A stretch of 64,000 nucleotides of DNA from Octopus sinensis (Eukaryota), in the NCBI RefSeq assembly GCF_006345805.1, contig NC_043019.1, positions 19,405,360 to 19,469,359 on the forward strand, written 5' to 3'. The position numbers were made by a program, and so were the translations under genes. The first letter of the stretch is position 1. Each line of letters opens with the position of its first letter. Below are positions 1 to 11,753 of the stretch, piece by piece. The notes under the pieces are model-generated. The model was given only the letters and a program-made list of their open reading frames with translations, searched no databases and was not told where the DNA came from.

Positions 1-250
1 GTAAAATTGGAAACAGCATTCTTACATTCGACTTTGTTTCCTCATTATCCTCAGAAAAATGGATATTTTTTAATGAATTCTTCTACAAATATACTTCAGA
101 TGGTGTTCGGAAAATTCACAGGAGTTGACTTTGTTTCCTCATGACTTTTAGAAAAATGAATATTTTTCTATTGAAATTGTCTACAAATACCTTTTAGGGT
201 GTGTAAATTACGATTGAAAAAGAAGAATCAAAATTACCACATATTCCACA

Positions 251-890
251 TAGGCGCAGGAGTGGCTGTGTTAAGTAGCTTGCTTACCAACCACGTGGTT
301 CTGGGTTCAGTCCCACTGCGTGGCACCTTGGGTATGTGTCTTCTACTATAGCCTCGGGCCGACCAAAGCCTTGTGAGTGGATTTGGAAGCCCGTCGTATG
401 TATGTATATGTATATAAATATATGAGTGTGTGTGTTTGTGCTTGACAACCGATGCTGGTGTGTTTTAGTCCCCGTAACTTAGCGGTTCGGCAAAGAGACT
501 GTTAGAATAAGTACTAGGCAGTTTTCAACACAATTTCTAGTTAACTAAACACTTTAAAACTTCGTATTCTGGTAGAATGTGTCAAAATAAAACATTTTTT
601 TCTCTTGGCTTTCTTGAGAAAATTGTAATTTGTTTGTTTAACGTAGTTTAACTTTTCGAATTTTAACCAATCCTATGCTCTCTTTTGAGCTAAAATCATT
701 TGCTCCGTCTAAACCCGTTATGTTTACGTAAACAGCTACGTTAAACAAACAAATTACAATTTTCTCAACAAAGCCAAGACAAAAAAATGTTTTATTTTGA
801 CACATTCTACCAGAATACGAAGTTTTAAAGTGCTGGGGTCGATTTGCTCCAGCATGGCCGCAGTCAAATGACTGAAACAAATAAAAGAGT
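251..890 (+). mobile_element. tRNA-derived SINE, interrupted by a foldback MITE at 518-832
   Basis: Head GGCGCAGGAGTGGCTGTG..GGTTCAGTCCCACTGCG has A/B-box-like motifs. The body matches the intact copy at 27920-28310, and the SINE tail (GGGGTCGATTTGCTCCAGCATGGCCGCAGTC) resumes after 832. Confidence 0.8.
518..832. mobile_element. Foldback MITE fragment, same family as 30477-31262
   Basis: About 545-640 is the reverse complement of about 737-832. It shares AATTTCTAGTTAACTAAACAC..CTTCGTAT.CTGGTAGAATGTG with the 30.5 kb element. Confidence 0.75.
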
Positions 891-1379
891 ATTCCGATAT
901 AATGAGAATCTACACCACCTGAAGTGTTTTTATAGGAAATTTCATTAAAAAAATATCTATTTTTCTGGAAGTTACGAGGTAATAAAGTGAGAGGTGGGAC
1001 GTGTTGGAATGCCTGGGAAACGAAGCTGACCCCGTGCTGGGGCCGGTCACTCAACCTTCCGAGTAAATTTGGTCGGCGAAAACTGAGCAAGTCGGTCGTG
1101 GACATTTTGCTTAATGTCCCTGGAAATTGGTTGATTTGTTCGACTAAAACATTTGAAAGTGGAGTGCGATTGGGATGGCCGGGTCATCGTGACCGAAACA
1201 AAAAGGTCCTCATTTACTGCTTTCAATCTTTTTTCTGCAGTTTTTCACTCCGGCCATGCTGGAGCACCGACTTTTACTGGATCATGTCGAGGATCCTTAC
1301 TTTGTGTTTTATTTACTTTGTTTAACAAAAATTATTTATTTTGTGTTTTATTTACTTTGCTCGGTAGTCGTTGTAGGAT

Positions 1380-1716
1380 CGACTAGTCACGACTAGCTAG
1401 CGCGGATGCGCGACTATGAGAGTGCGCGCACCGGGACCACTGCTCTCAAGTAATTCCGACCCCAGTTGTTATTTTAATGATTCTTATTATCAAACGATTA
1501 GTTTTAATCCAACTATTTCGCGCCTGTTATTAATAATAATCGTCCGTCGCTATTAGAAAGACTCGCGACAGGTCGTAAAATGGAGATAGTTTTAAAAAGT
1601 ATAAAATAAGACGAAGAAAGAAGAGAAAGTGATGGGAAAAAGTTAGCGAGGCGAAGAAAGAGAAAGTGAAATTGTGGCAGTTGGTAGTGAAATAGTTTGG
1701 AGACCGAGTGTTAATG
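1380..1716 (+). promoter_or_regulatory. Candidate promoter / first exon of the host gene
   Basis: Locally CpG-rich stretch (1380-1560), then a purine-rich leader ending ATG|GTGAGT (donor at 1717). Inferred only. Confidence 0.4.
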
Positions 1717-4039
1717 GTGAGTCGAAAAAGCAACCGTTTATTGCTATTCAACCTAACCGAGTGTAATTTCTTTGTTTATATCGTTTCTCATTGTGTTTTT
1801 TATGTCCTGTACCCTTTTAATTTCAGTTGACATATTCCCTCTCACCTTTGCCACTCTCTCGCATATACAGGTGCTTGCACTTATCAAGTGTTCACCCTCA
1901 ATTCACAGTCCCTACATGTATATATACAAGCTGGCAACCTTACGGATTGCCTTTTTCTCTTTCTTAAATTGCTCTACCCTCCCGATCTTGGTACTTATAA
2001 AGATATTTATATAAATAACCTTTCTAATTAAGCACCAATTAGAAAATATAAACATCGTGTAGGGTGTAATAACAACAACTTCTTAAACCTATAATATAAC
2101 CCTTAATTTTATAAAAGATTAGTTGAAAGTAAAATTGTTCCATGACTTAATTATTTCTATATTAAACATCTGTCTTTTATAGATATTCTAACTAGTAAAT
2201 ATAATTTTTAGACCAATATTTTGAATTATTAAACTTATTTTTCTAAAATCTTCCATATTGGTGTTAACAAGCTAAATATACCTTTAAATAGTTCTAGTAA
2301 ACCATTTCACCCCTTTTCTAGGATGTTTTGCCAATGATTATTTTATTTTATTTTTAAAACGGTTAAACTAAAGCATTAAACCCGGTGAAAAAACAAAACA
2401 TTGTGTAATAGGTGTAAAACAACTTCCTCCAAACGAATAAGTTTGCTAGTTTTTTCAGTTCCGTTCCTGTCCTTTTACTGACAGCAAAACTTTTTAATAA
2501 TGGCTTTGGCCTTAATAATTAAATTGTCCATTTAAAATGCTAACTTTTAATATCAAATATATTCAATTTCATTGCAAAGTGTCTTTGAATGAATTAAAAA
2601 CTTATTAACTGTACCTCTACTGTAAGTTTTAGAGAAATCGATATTATATTAAGCAATTGCAACGTGGAAGGTGTTTATAAGCCATTTAAGAAATACACAA
2701 AAACCGTTAGATTCACTTCATTTAAATTTAATTTGCCAAAATATTTTCGTCGCTTTCAGACCACAACCTGTTCACTGACAAAATTCTGTGCTAGGTGCTT
2801 TTAAATTATTAAGTTATTAATATTTACATCAACTTTCTTGGTGAGGGTTTAATAAATAATCTGATAACTTAGTACAGTCTTAAATGGGTGCGTATAAAAG
2901 ACAAATTTAGTTGGGGCAGAATGAATATGTGAAGATTTATACACCATGCAGTTAAAATGAAGGAATTATTGATATTAAACAGTCATTTTATGCCATTTTA
3001 GACTTTTTATTGAGATTTGAAAATGGTCAGATTAGACATTAGTGTGTGAAAAAATCGATTTGGAATCCAACAGAGAAGAGAATATTAATAGTTAAACACC
3101 AAAATTTAGCAGCCTCAGTTTCAATTGGGTCAAAGTTGAGGAATAATTTCTTGACAAAAAGTACTTATGTTCTGGTTCTGGTTCAAACTCCCAACAACTA
3201 TGCTGACCAATTTTTACTCCTAAAGTTGATGAAACAGTACAAAATAAGGATTCAATACTTGCGATGTAATGCTTTCAAACAAGTTGAGAAAAAAATAACA
3301 AGAAATCAAAAATCACTGATTTTGCCCCGTCTCCTGTTATATTTACTAAGATGAATTCTCCGTTAATGTGTCATTCTGTCTGATTTAAAGGAGACTTTGC
3401 TACTGTTTCTAACAGAGTAATCTTATAAAAGCTTTCGAGTGTAGGTATAGCTGTGAGTTTTAGAAGCTCGACACCTGTCTCTGTCTGTTACACTCTAACC
3501 TCCCCTCTCAGATTCCTTGTCTTGCAAAGCTACTTGGTGACTCTTCCAGTACTGGTGCTATTTAAAAAACATCCACTCCACACTGTAAAGTGGTTGGCAG
3601 TTGGAAGGGCACCCAGCTGTAAAAACCTTGCCAAAACTGACCTCACCTCTGCTGGTGCCAAGTAAAAAGCATTCGGCCAACTCTGCTGGGTGGTTGGTGT
3701 TAGAAAGGGCATCCAGCCATACGTATGATGCAGGCTCCTGCCTGGCCAGCTCCTGTCAAACCATCCAACCATCCATGCCAGCATGGAAGGCAGATGTCAA
3801 ATGATGATGATGATGATGATTGTTTTGGGTTCCGTCTCACTATGTGACACCTGAGGCAAGTGTATTCTGTTATGACCTGAAACCAAAGAATATCTTACGA
3901 GTGAAGTTAGTAGGTGGAAACAGAAAGCCTGTTTGTGTGTGTGTGTGCCTACCACTGCCTCCACCACCTCTTCTCCACCTGACTCACCTTTTTCCATCCT
4001 CTTCCAGTGGTAACAACTCTATTGTTATTCCTTCTGATC

Positions 4040-5990
4040 TCCCCCTCTCTGAAGTGGAATATTTTTCTCCTTTGTAAGAATCTCCATTTCACCCCGCTGA
4101 TTCTGTCCTGCAACTGATGTTCAGACCCATGATGATATTCAACACTTTGTGCATCATGTCAGGCTGCTTGCTTCATTCCACAATACTCCACCTTCATCTA
4201 GCGAAGAAGATTGCTTTACTGACTTGTGCTGCCAACCAGCTCCAGGCAGTTGGTCAATTTACAAGTGTGCTGTGGACCGGTTTAACTTCTGTTGGTGTCC
4301 AAAAAATTTCAACATCTCCATACTCTCGGCCCTTCAATGCCTCTGATGCTGTCAAGACATCATCATTAAACTGGCTGACAAAGGTGGAGCTGTGGTTGTG
4401 TGGCATGCTGACCTCTATAAACTTAGATGTGTTTTGACCAAAGATTGGTTCAGGCCATGTCTGACTTAATAGTACCACCTGATAGGATTATCTAAATCCT
4501 GTTTAAGTCAAGTTTTGCTTATGGTCCATTCAAGTGGTGAGTTCTTGTTGCGTGAGTTGTATCCAGGTATGGGTGGCTTATCTGGTATTCCTTGAAGAAA
4601 TCTGTCCAGACTCCGTTTAAAGGTGATGGGATCCTTTTCCTCTTTGATCTCTATCAGCACAATGTTAAACAGGGCAGGGCCTGTTGAGGAACAGAAATTA
4701 TGTTGCAGTGTACCTATATGCTGTGATCCTGAATTGGGCGGGGGATGTATGGCCCATGGTCCCAGCCTTGGATGAATCTTGAAACTAATGTTCAAGTCGT
4801 TTGGGCAAAGTTGGTGGTATATTCTCCACATTGTACAAATGATGTACCACTCGCGACGGCGCTGGAGAGGGTAGAGTTTCAAGGCTTTAAGCTCTCTGCC
4901 AACTTCAAGACACCTGCTTCTATCTCCCTCTATCCTCCAACCTCACATCACTCTATCAACAGATTATTACCTCCCCACTATCTACCTCCCACTGCCTCCA
5001 TCCTCATTGTTTGTACCCAATGCATTCCCACCATTATTTCCCTTCTAAAATTCCTGACCACTCCATCATTTCTGCCTGCAGATGCCTCACCAAATATTTT
5101 GATATCCACCTACTGACTTCCCTCCCTCAACACATTCATGACCCTAACCATGCTCTTTGTCTATTCAATTCTTTCTCCTTTCCTCCCAGCCCCTCCTTAC
5201 TCCTCTTTCCCCATACACTCACATAAAAAAAAAAAAAAGGTCTTCTTACTCTAAAACAATTTCTCAGTCTTTGTCCTCATCTTCAACCTGGTCCCTCTAC
5301 TCTCCTCCATTTGGCTCAACTCATCTTCTCCCTCAACTGCTTCTTGTTAGTGGGACATTTTTACCATCAGGTTTTCAGAATGAGAATGGGTCCCAACTCT
5401 GCGAACCTGTTCATTTGCTGTGTTGTGGTCCAAATATTCTCACAGTTCACTAGTCCTACGCCTCAGCTATATGACATTGCTGTCACCATCCACCACCACT
5501 CCTCTCTTACCAATTCCATCCATTATAAACCCGTAGACTTGTGTATGTATCTGAACCTCTCCTTCCCCCACCCTACCGACACCAAACTGTCCATCCCTTT
5601 CTCCCAGTTCATCCATCTCTGACTTCAAAACGCAGTCGTAACTCATGGCTCCCTATTTTGCCCAGTGTGGACATCCCCTTACCATTATCCAAACTGCCCT
5701 CAACTGTGCATGATCTGTTGAATGTTCTTCCACATCCACTCCACCCTCACCTGTCTCCCTTTCCCCCTCATCGGCCCCTTCAGCCAATGTAATCTACTCG
5801 ATTGCATGCTCTCTGTGTCTTTCCTTAGACATTGGTCAAGTGGTGCTTAGCCAATTGGTTTGCTTAAAACATCTCCGGGACACCCTTGTCTCATGGCACT
5901 TTCATTTGACTGGTCATTTGCTGCAACATTTGTCTGTCTTCAGATTGTCCTTGCAGAGGTCACTTCATTTGTTTTCACCTAATGGTTTTA
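4040..5990 (+). mobile_element. Degenerate Penelope-like element (RT and GIY-YIG remnants)
   Basis: Translates to DIIIKLADKGGAVVVW (about 4357-4405), LNCF..GHFYHQV..MGPNSANLF (about 5330-5415) and HYKPVD..YL....HP...KLSIPFSQF (about 5520-5610), all typical PLE RT motifs. Many stops and frameshifts. Confidence 0.75.
4430..4880 (-). mobile_element. 3' fragment of a CR1/L2-group LINE nested in the Penelope remnant
   Basis: ORF 4508-4882 (LYPLQRRRE..HPRLG..GPALFN..FKRSLDRFL..IPDKP) is a LINE ORF2 C-terminus. Its 3' UTR resembles 43670-43710. Confidence 0.85.
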
Positions 5991-6560
5991 ATTCATCACC
6001 TCTCTTCTAAGCCCACCCCTATACACACTCACACCCACCACATACCTCTCACCTTCTGTCACCCCTCCTCCTCTACCCTCCACACACCTGTATACAGTAC
6101 CTTGACCACACACACCATTATGCAAACACCTACACACATACATGCACATGCACACACACACACACTCCTTCCCACTCAACACCATCCAGCCCCCCCCTAC
6201 ATCCTGTCATCCCCAACCCTCCTTGCTCTTCCATACATCCCTCTACAACACACACATGCTGGATGGCCCTACCCACATTCACATGTGCACAAACACAGGA
6301 CATTACACACTTGTCAACTCCATACACACACATTATCCAATAGTCCCATTCACACACACACACACAAACTGATGACAATGACATGCACACTAACATACAT
6401 TCACACCTATAAACACAATATTCATGCACACAACACACACACACACACACACACACATACATACAATGTTCATGCATAAACGAATAATACATACACTTGC
6501 ACACAACACATAAACACATACAATATTCAGACATAAACACACACACACAATGCACATGCA
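5990..6560. repeat. CA-rich low-complexity / degenerate microsatellite tract
   Basis: Imperfect (CA)n and (CATA)n runs. The H/T-rich and V/C-rich ORFs here are artefacts. Confidence 0.85.
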
Positions 6561-6592
6561 CCCAGCTGGTAGATAAGCCCCTGGTCCATCCA

Positions 6593-8525
6593 GAATCACA
6601 GGTGAGATACTCAAAATATCCAGTAAGGTAGGATATGGGCTGGTGGTTAACCTGCTTAGTTAATGAGGTCATTCAAGCAGGTGTAATACCCAGTGATTGG
6701 TGTAGCAACATAATTATTAGCTGCTACAAGGGTAAGGGTTATGCAGTAGATGGAAGTAACTGTAGAGACATCAAACTCCTGGATCAGGTGATGAAAATTA
6801 TGGAGATTTATTGGCCAATTAATTAGGAGCAGAATTCATCCGGGAAAAGGAGAAGCACTACTGATGCTGTTTTCATAGCGAGGCAAGAGAAGTACTTTGC
6901 TAAGAATAAGCCATTGTAACTCGCATTTGTTGATCTAGAGAAAACCTTTGGTGGAATGGTCCCACTGTGCGATATGGTGGCCTCTAAGGAGGCTAGGAAT
7001 AGATTGTGGTTGGCGAGTGTTGGACAGGCCATGTACGGAGATGCTGACAATAAGGTGAGAGTCAACCAGGAATACAGCAAAGAATCTGTATACAGGTAGG
7101 GCTTCATCAAGGTTCAACCCTTTGTCCCCTCCTTTTCATGATTGTCTTCCAGGCCATAACAGAGGAATTCAAGACCGATAGCCCGAGAGAACTATATATG
7201 CTGATGATCTTACCCTCATAGCAGATTCCATATCAGAGCTAGAGGAAAAATTCCAGATGTTGAAGCAAAACCTGGAATCTAAGGGCCTTAAGGTTAAATT
7301 TGCGAAGACAAGTCTTAGTAAGCAAGAAAATTGAGAGGTAGGTGGCCTTGTTTGATTTGTAGGAAATATGTCGGCTGGAAATCCATACAGAGGTGTATTG
7401 GATTGATTGGAAGGTTATCAGATAAGTTTCTGCATGTGGAAGATGCACAGGATCTTAAAAACTTTAGACTCAGGAAATTGATTCTCTCAAATGCCCTGGT
7501 GGCTCATTAGAGGTAGGAGATAATTTCTACTACCGAGGGGACCACCTTAGTAGTGGGGGAGGATGCATGGAGAGTGTGGTAGCTAGAATAAGAAGAACAG
7601 GATAGAGGAAATCCAGAGGGTTAGGGTTACCCATGTTGGCCATGAAAGGTTTCTCTCTCCGAGTGAAAGGAAGATTGTATGATGCATGTATACAGACAGC
7701 ATTTCTACATGCTGTTGGGATGTGGGCCCTGAATGCAGAGGATATGCAAAGGTTGGAGAGAAATGAAGGTAGTATGCTCTACTGGATGAATGATGTAAGT
7801 GTACATGTTTGATAGTGTGCTAGTATTTTGAGAGAGAAGTTAGGCATGAGAGGAATTGGTTGCTGTGTGGAAGTGAGAAGATGGCACTGGTTTGGTCATG
7901 TGATGCAGATGGATGCTGACAGCTTCATAAAGAAGTACTGATCTCTCAAAGCAGATGGAAGACATGGAAGAGGGGAACCCAGCAAGACATGGAACGAAGT
8001 ACTGAAGAACGAACTCAGGAAGTTGAACTTTTCAGGTGAGATAACAAAGGACCAAGGTACCTGGTGCTTGACCGTACTCAAGATGACCTGTACTCTATAG
8101 CAGAAGTGTTCTTTCTGATCTTTCTGGTGATGTAAGCACTTGTAGCGGTGCCCATGCAGAAACACGTAAGAGTACCCGTTTGGGGATACGTAAATGCACC
8201 AGTGTGGTGATATGTGAGAGGGCCTATGTGGCACCACATAAAAGCGCTTGCACAGTGTCATGTATAAGTGCCTGTGTGACACCATATGAAAGTATCCGTA
8301 GAGCGCCATATAAAAGAGCCCCTTTGTGGTGCCTCTGTGTGGTGCCACTTAAAAGCATACAACACACTCTGTAAAATGGTTGTCGTTAGGAAGGGTATCC
8401 AGCTGTGGAAACCATACCAAATCAGACTGGAGTCTAGGCAGATCCCAGCTTGCCAGCTCTAGTTACACCATCCCACCCATGCCAGCCCTGGACAACTGAT
8501 GTTAAATGATGATGATGATGATGAT
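6593..8525 (+). mobile_element. Degenerate RTE-clade LINE with 3' UTR and (GAT)n tail
   Basis: Aligns by eye to 46393-47586 (IKLLDQVMK, STTDAVF, YADDL-like). It continues into the GTTAGGAAGGG..CCATGCCAGC..(GAT)n tail at 8380-8525. Confidence 0.85.
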
Positions 8526-8926
8526 TTCCCCACAACTGCTTGAGATTTATAATCAGTGTTGGTTTTTCTTCCTGGTAATCACAAAAGAGTCTCATAGAAT
8601 AAGCACAATAATATTTATGATGGATGTTGAATATTTAAAAAGATATTTTTGTCAACAATATTGAGATGAAGGCAGTGCCTCAGAGTCAGCTTGAAACTAG
8701 TAAAAGATAACATAAAAGGGAAATATCTCAGCCAAAACCAAGTTGGACATAAAAGAAAGTGTGGTAAATGCTATCAGTTCGACTTAATTATTTTCTTGCA
8801 ATAAACAATGTTTTCATAACTTTATTAATTTCACAATTGTAAAATTTATTCCATAATCAATAAATATTTACTTGGAAAATAATATATTGCACTTCCAAAC
8901 AAACTGATCTGTTTTGCTGGCTTTAG

Positions 8927-8975
8927 AGAAAACTTGACAAATATGAACGGCAAGTAGAGAAGCAGAGAAACCTGG
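8927..8975 (+). other. Candidate 49-nt upstream exon (5' UTR or alternative frame)
   Basis: TTTTGCTGGCTTTAG acceptor and G|GTGAGC donor. Open as RKLDKYERQVEKQRNL. Confidence 0.35.
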
Positions 8976-9212
8976 GTGAGCAAGGCACATTGTGGGGGCG
9001 GACAAAATTAGCTTCTATGGAGCCCCAGGATGATTTATTTTGAGACATTTGTTTGGAAAAGAAAAATGCTTCATGACATCAGATATATTACTTCTTTGGT
9101 AAAATCATTGCAATTAATATGTAAGAAACCTGACTCTTTTAATTTCAGGTTGGGCTTCCTTACAATATCCATCAACTCTCTGTTTCTGCTCTGACCTGAA
9201 CCTTTCAACAAA

Positions 9213-9810
9213 ATGGGCAATTGGCTTGGAAGCAATAATGAGAAAAGCAGCACACCATCTTCATCACCACCACCTACACCATCACATCCCTACTCCCCGC
9301 CCACACCATCACATTCCTTCTCCCCACCCACACCATCACGTCCCTACTCCCCGCCCACACCATCACATCCCTTCTCCCCACCCACACCATCACATCCCTA
9401 CTCCCCGCCCACACCATCACATCCCTACTCCCCACCCACACCATCACATCCCTACTCCCCGCCCACACCATCACATCCCTTCTCCCCGCCCACACCATCA
9501 CATCCCTACTCCCCGCCCACACCATCACATCCCTACTCCCCACCCACACCATCACATCCCTACTCCCCGCCCACACCATCACATCCCTTCTCCTCGCCCA
9601 CATCATCACATCCCTACTCCCCGCCCACACCATCAACTTCCTTCTCCCCACCCACACCATCACATCCCTACTCCCCGCCCACACCATCAACTTCCTTCTC
9701 CCCGCCCACACCATCACATCCCTTCTCCCCGCCCTCAAGAACAACTCTGTCACCACCCACATCATCAACTGGAACCAGTCAGAAGCAAGATACGACAAAG
9801 GCAGACAAAG
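9213..9810 (+). CDS. Host gene coding exon 1: MGNWLGS N-terminus and 17x Ser/Pro/Thr/His repeat (exon probably starts at acceptor 9149)
   Basis: ATG in AAAATGG context with an upstream in-frame TGA at 9192. Donor AAG|GTTCGT (phase 1) puts the next exon in an open frame. Confidence 0.75.
9276..9734 (+). repeat. Coding minisatellite, 17 x 27 bp, encoding TPSHP(Y/F)SPP
   Basis: Unit ACACCATCACATCCCTACTCCCCGCCC. 17 units counted in the translation. Confidence 0.95.
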
Positions 9811-10374
9811 GTTCGTTTTTTTTTAAGCCATAAACCATTGAGATTAAAAGAGAATAGCTAAGTTACTTTTAACATTTAATTCGGTGAACATTAAAAAAAA
9901 AATCAACTGGAATATAATATATGCACAGGTATGGCTGTGGTTTAGGTGTTTGTTTCCCGACCACATTGTTATGGGTTCAATCCTCCCACATGGCACCTTG
10001 GCAAAGTGTCTTTTACTATAGTCCTTGGCTGACCAAAGCCTTGGGAGTGGATTTTGTTGACAGAAATTGAAAGAAACGCATTGTGTGTGACTCCTGACTC
10101 TGCCATCACCTGAGAGTTGTAAACAAATGGGAATTGAAATCCCAATATTGCAATTGGGAATGCAGTTCCTTAACCACCAGGCTATACACTTTCATTATTC
10201 TGCTGAGCCTCTGTGGAATCGGCTGCAAACCTCTCCAACTGTTGGCTGCAGAGTGCAAAGAAACTAATAACTAAAAAGCGTTCATCAACAGAAAGAAAGA
10301 AAAAAAAAGACTAATTTAATGATTTATTATTTTTTACTTAATTATTGTGTTTTTCTTTTGTTCTTAATCTGCAG

Positions 10375-10442
10375 ATGTTCAGAGGTTTTTAATCCAATTG
10401 CTAAGAGATGTCAGTATGGCTGCATATTGTCCTGATCCCAAT
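10375..10442 (+). CDS. Host gene coding exon 2 (phase 1-0): DVQRFLIQLLRDVSMAAYCPDPN
   Basis: Polypyrimidine tract plus GCAG acceptor, GTGAGT donor, open in the required frame. Confidence 0.8.
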
Positions 10443-10838
10443 GTGAGTAAATACACGGTTGCTTTCTTTTTCTTTTTTGTGAGGTGGATCCGGGATTGTA
10501 ATTGCAAATGACCAGCTTTGAGGCTATCTTTTATTTACCTTTCACTGTCTCCTACAAAGTCTCTTTAATACTCTGTCAAATTTAGTGCTTATTTTTTCAC
10601 ATTAATTTGAATAAACCTCATGGTTCTGGGTTCAATCCCACTGCATGGCTCCTTGGCTAAGTGTCTTTTACTATAGCCCCAGGCTGACCAAAACCCTGTG
10701 AATGGATTTTGTAGACAGAAATTGAAAGAAGCCCACTGTATATGTGTGTGTATGTATCTATGTATGTATGCATGGATGTATGTTGTATGTATGTATGTGT
10801 ATATATTTGTATGTATGTATATATGTGTGTGTATATAA

Positions 10839-11716
10839 TCAGTAGTTAAGTCTGAAGAGAGGTACATTCTAAAACTTAGCGAAGTAATAATTGATATTGT
10901 TATTGGTTATGGCCAGTCAGGAAGTTACCATTGGTTTTGTTCCTATAAAGTTCTTAGTGGAACAGGTGACTTTTCAGACTCACTGGCCAGAGGCTGTGAA
11001 AAAAAAAACAGTCTGAAAGGAAATAACAATAATATTAAATTCTTTCATTACATTTGTCACATGGGTCCACTCATTCATACATTACAATAAGGCTTACAGA
11101 ATGTATGAGGATGTGTATACTTAAGATAGAACAAAAACTGGGAATACATAGATGTGGCATGTAAAAAACACCCACTGCTCTCACGCAGTGGTTGGCATTA
11201 GGAAGGGCATCCAGCTGTAGAAACTCTGCCAGATCAAGATTGGAGCCTGGTGCAGCTGCTGGCTCTCCAGACCTCAGTCAGACTGTCCAACCCATTCCAG
11301 CATGGAAAACGGACGTTAATTGAGGATGATGATGGATGCAAATAAACAAAATAAAAAATAAAATGTCAATTGAGAGAGGCAGGAACCTATCACCTAGATT
11401 TAATCAGATCCCTCTACGATCCCGGCCAGCACACTCTCTTCCATACACAGTCACTGAAAAGAGTGAGAGAGGGCCTATGTCCTCTGTCCAGCAAAATATG
11501 AACTGCTACACCTCAACAGCGAAATGGATGGCAGTACAAGCGTAAATAGTCTGCGATACACCCCCCCTCAGAATGAGACAATTTAGCATGGCTGTTTGGA
11601 TACTAATATGGCATGACTGACTGCACATTCAGCCCGTTTTAGCAACAGTACTGCTGAGGTACTGGAGGTAAACGCATGCACAGAAATACACACCTTACAA
11701 ATAAAGAGTGAGAGGC

Positions 11717-11753
<37 letters not shown>

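Noticed and set aside
251-330. tRNA gene from A/B-box-like motifs
   Set aside because: These are SINE heads repeated many times with SINE bodies, and no cloverleaf is evident.
5982-6672. Long His/Thr-rich and Val/Cys-rich ORFs
   Set aside because: Translations of CA/TG low-complexity sequence.
9276-9734. Regularly spaced repeats or 30-bp tandem units (also 53615-53705) as a CRISPR array
   Set aside because: The units are contiguous with no unique spacers, the context is eukaryotic, and there are no cas genes.
9274-9798. Minus-strand ORF with MVWAGSRDV repeats
   Set aside because: It is the antisense shadow of a stop-poor 27-bp minisatellite, with no splice or start support.
10851-10900. 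CTGAAGA..CGAAG as a hammerhead core (similar trace at 40888-40925)
   Set aside because: GAAA is not intact and there is no credible stem I or stem III.
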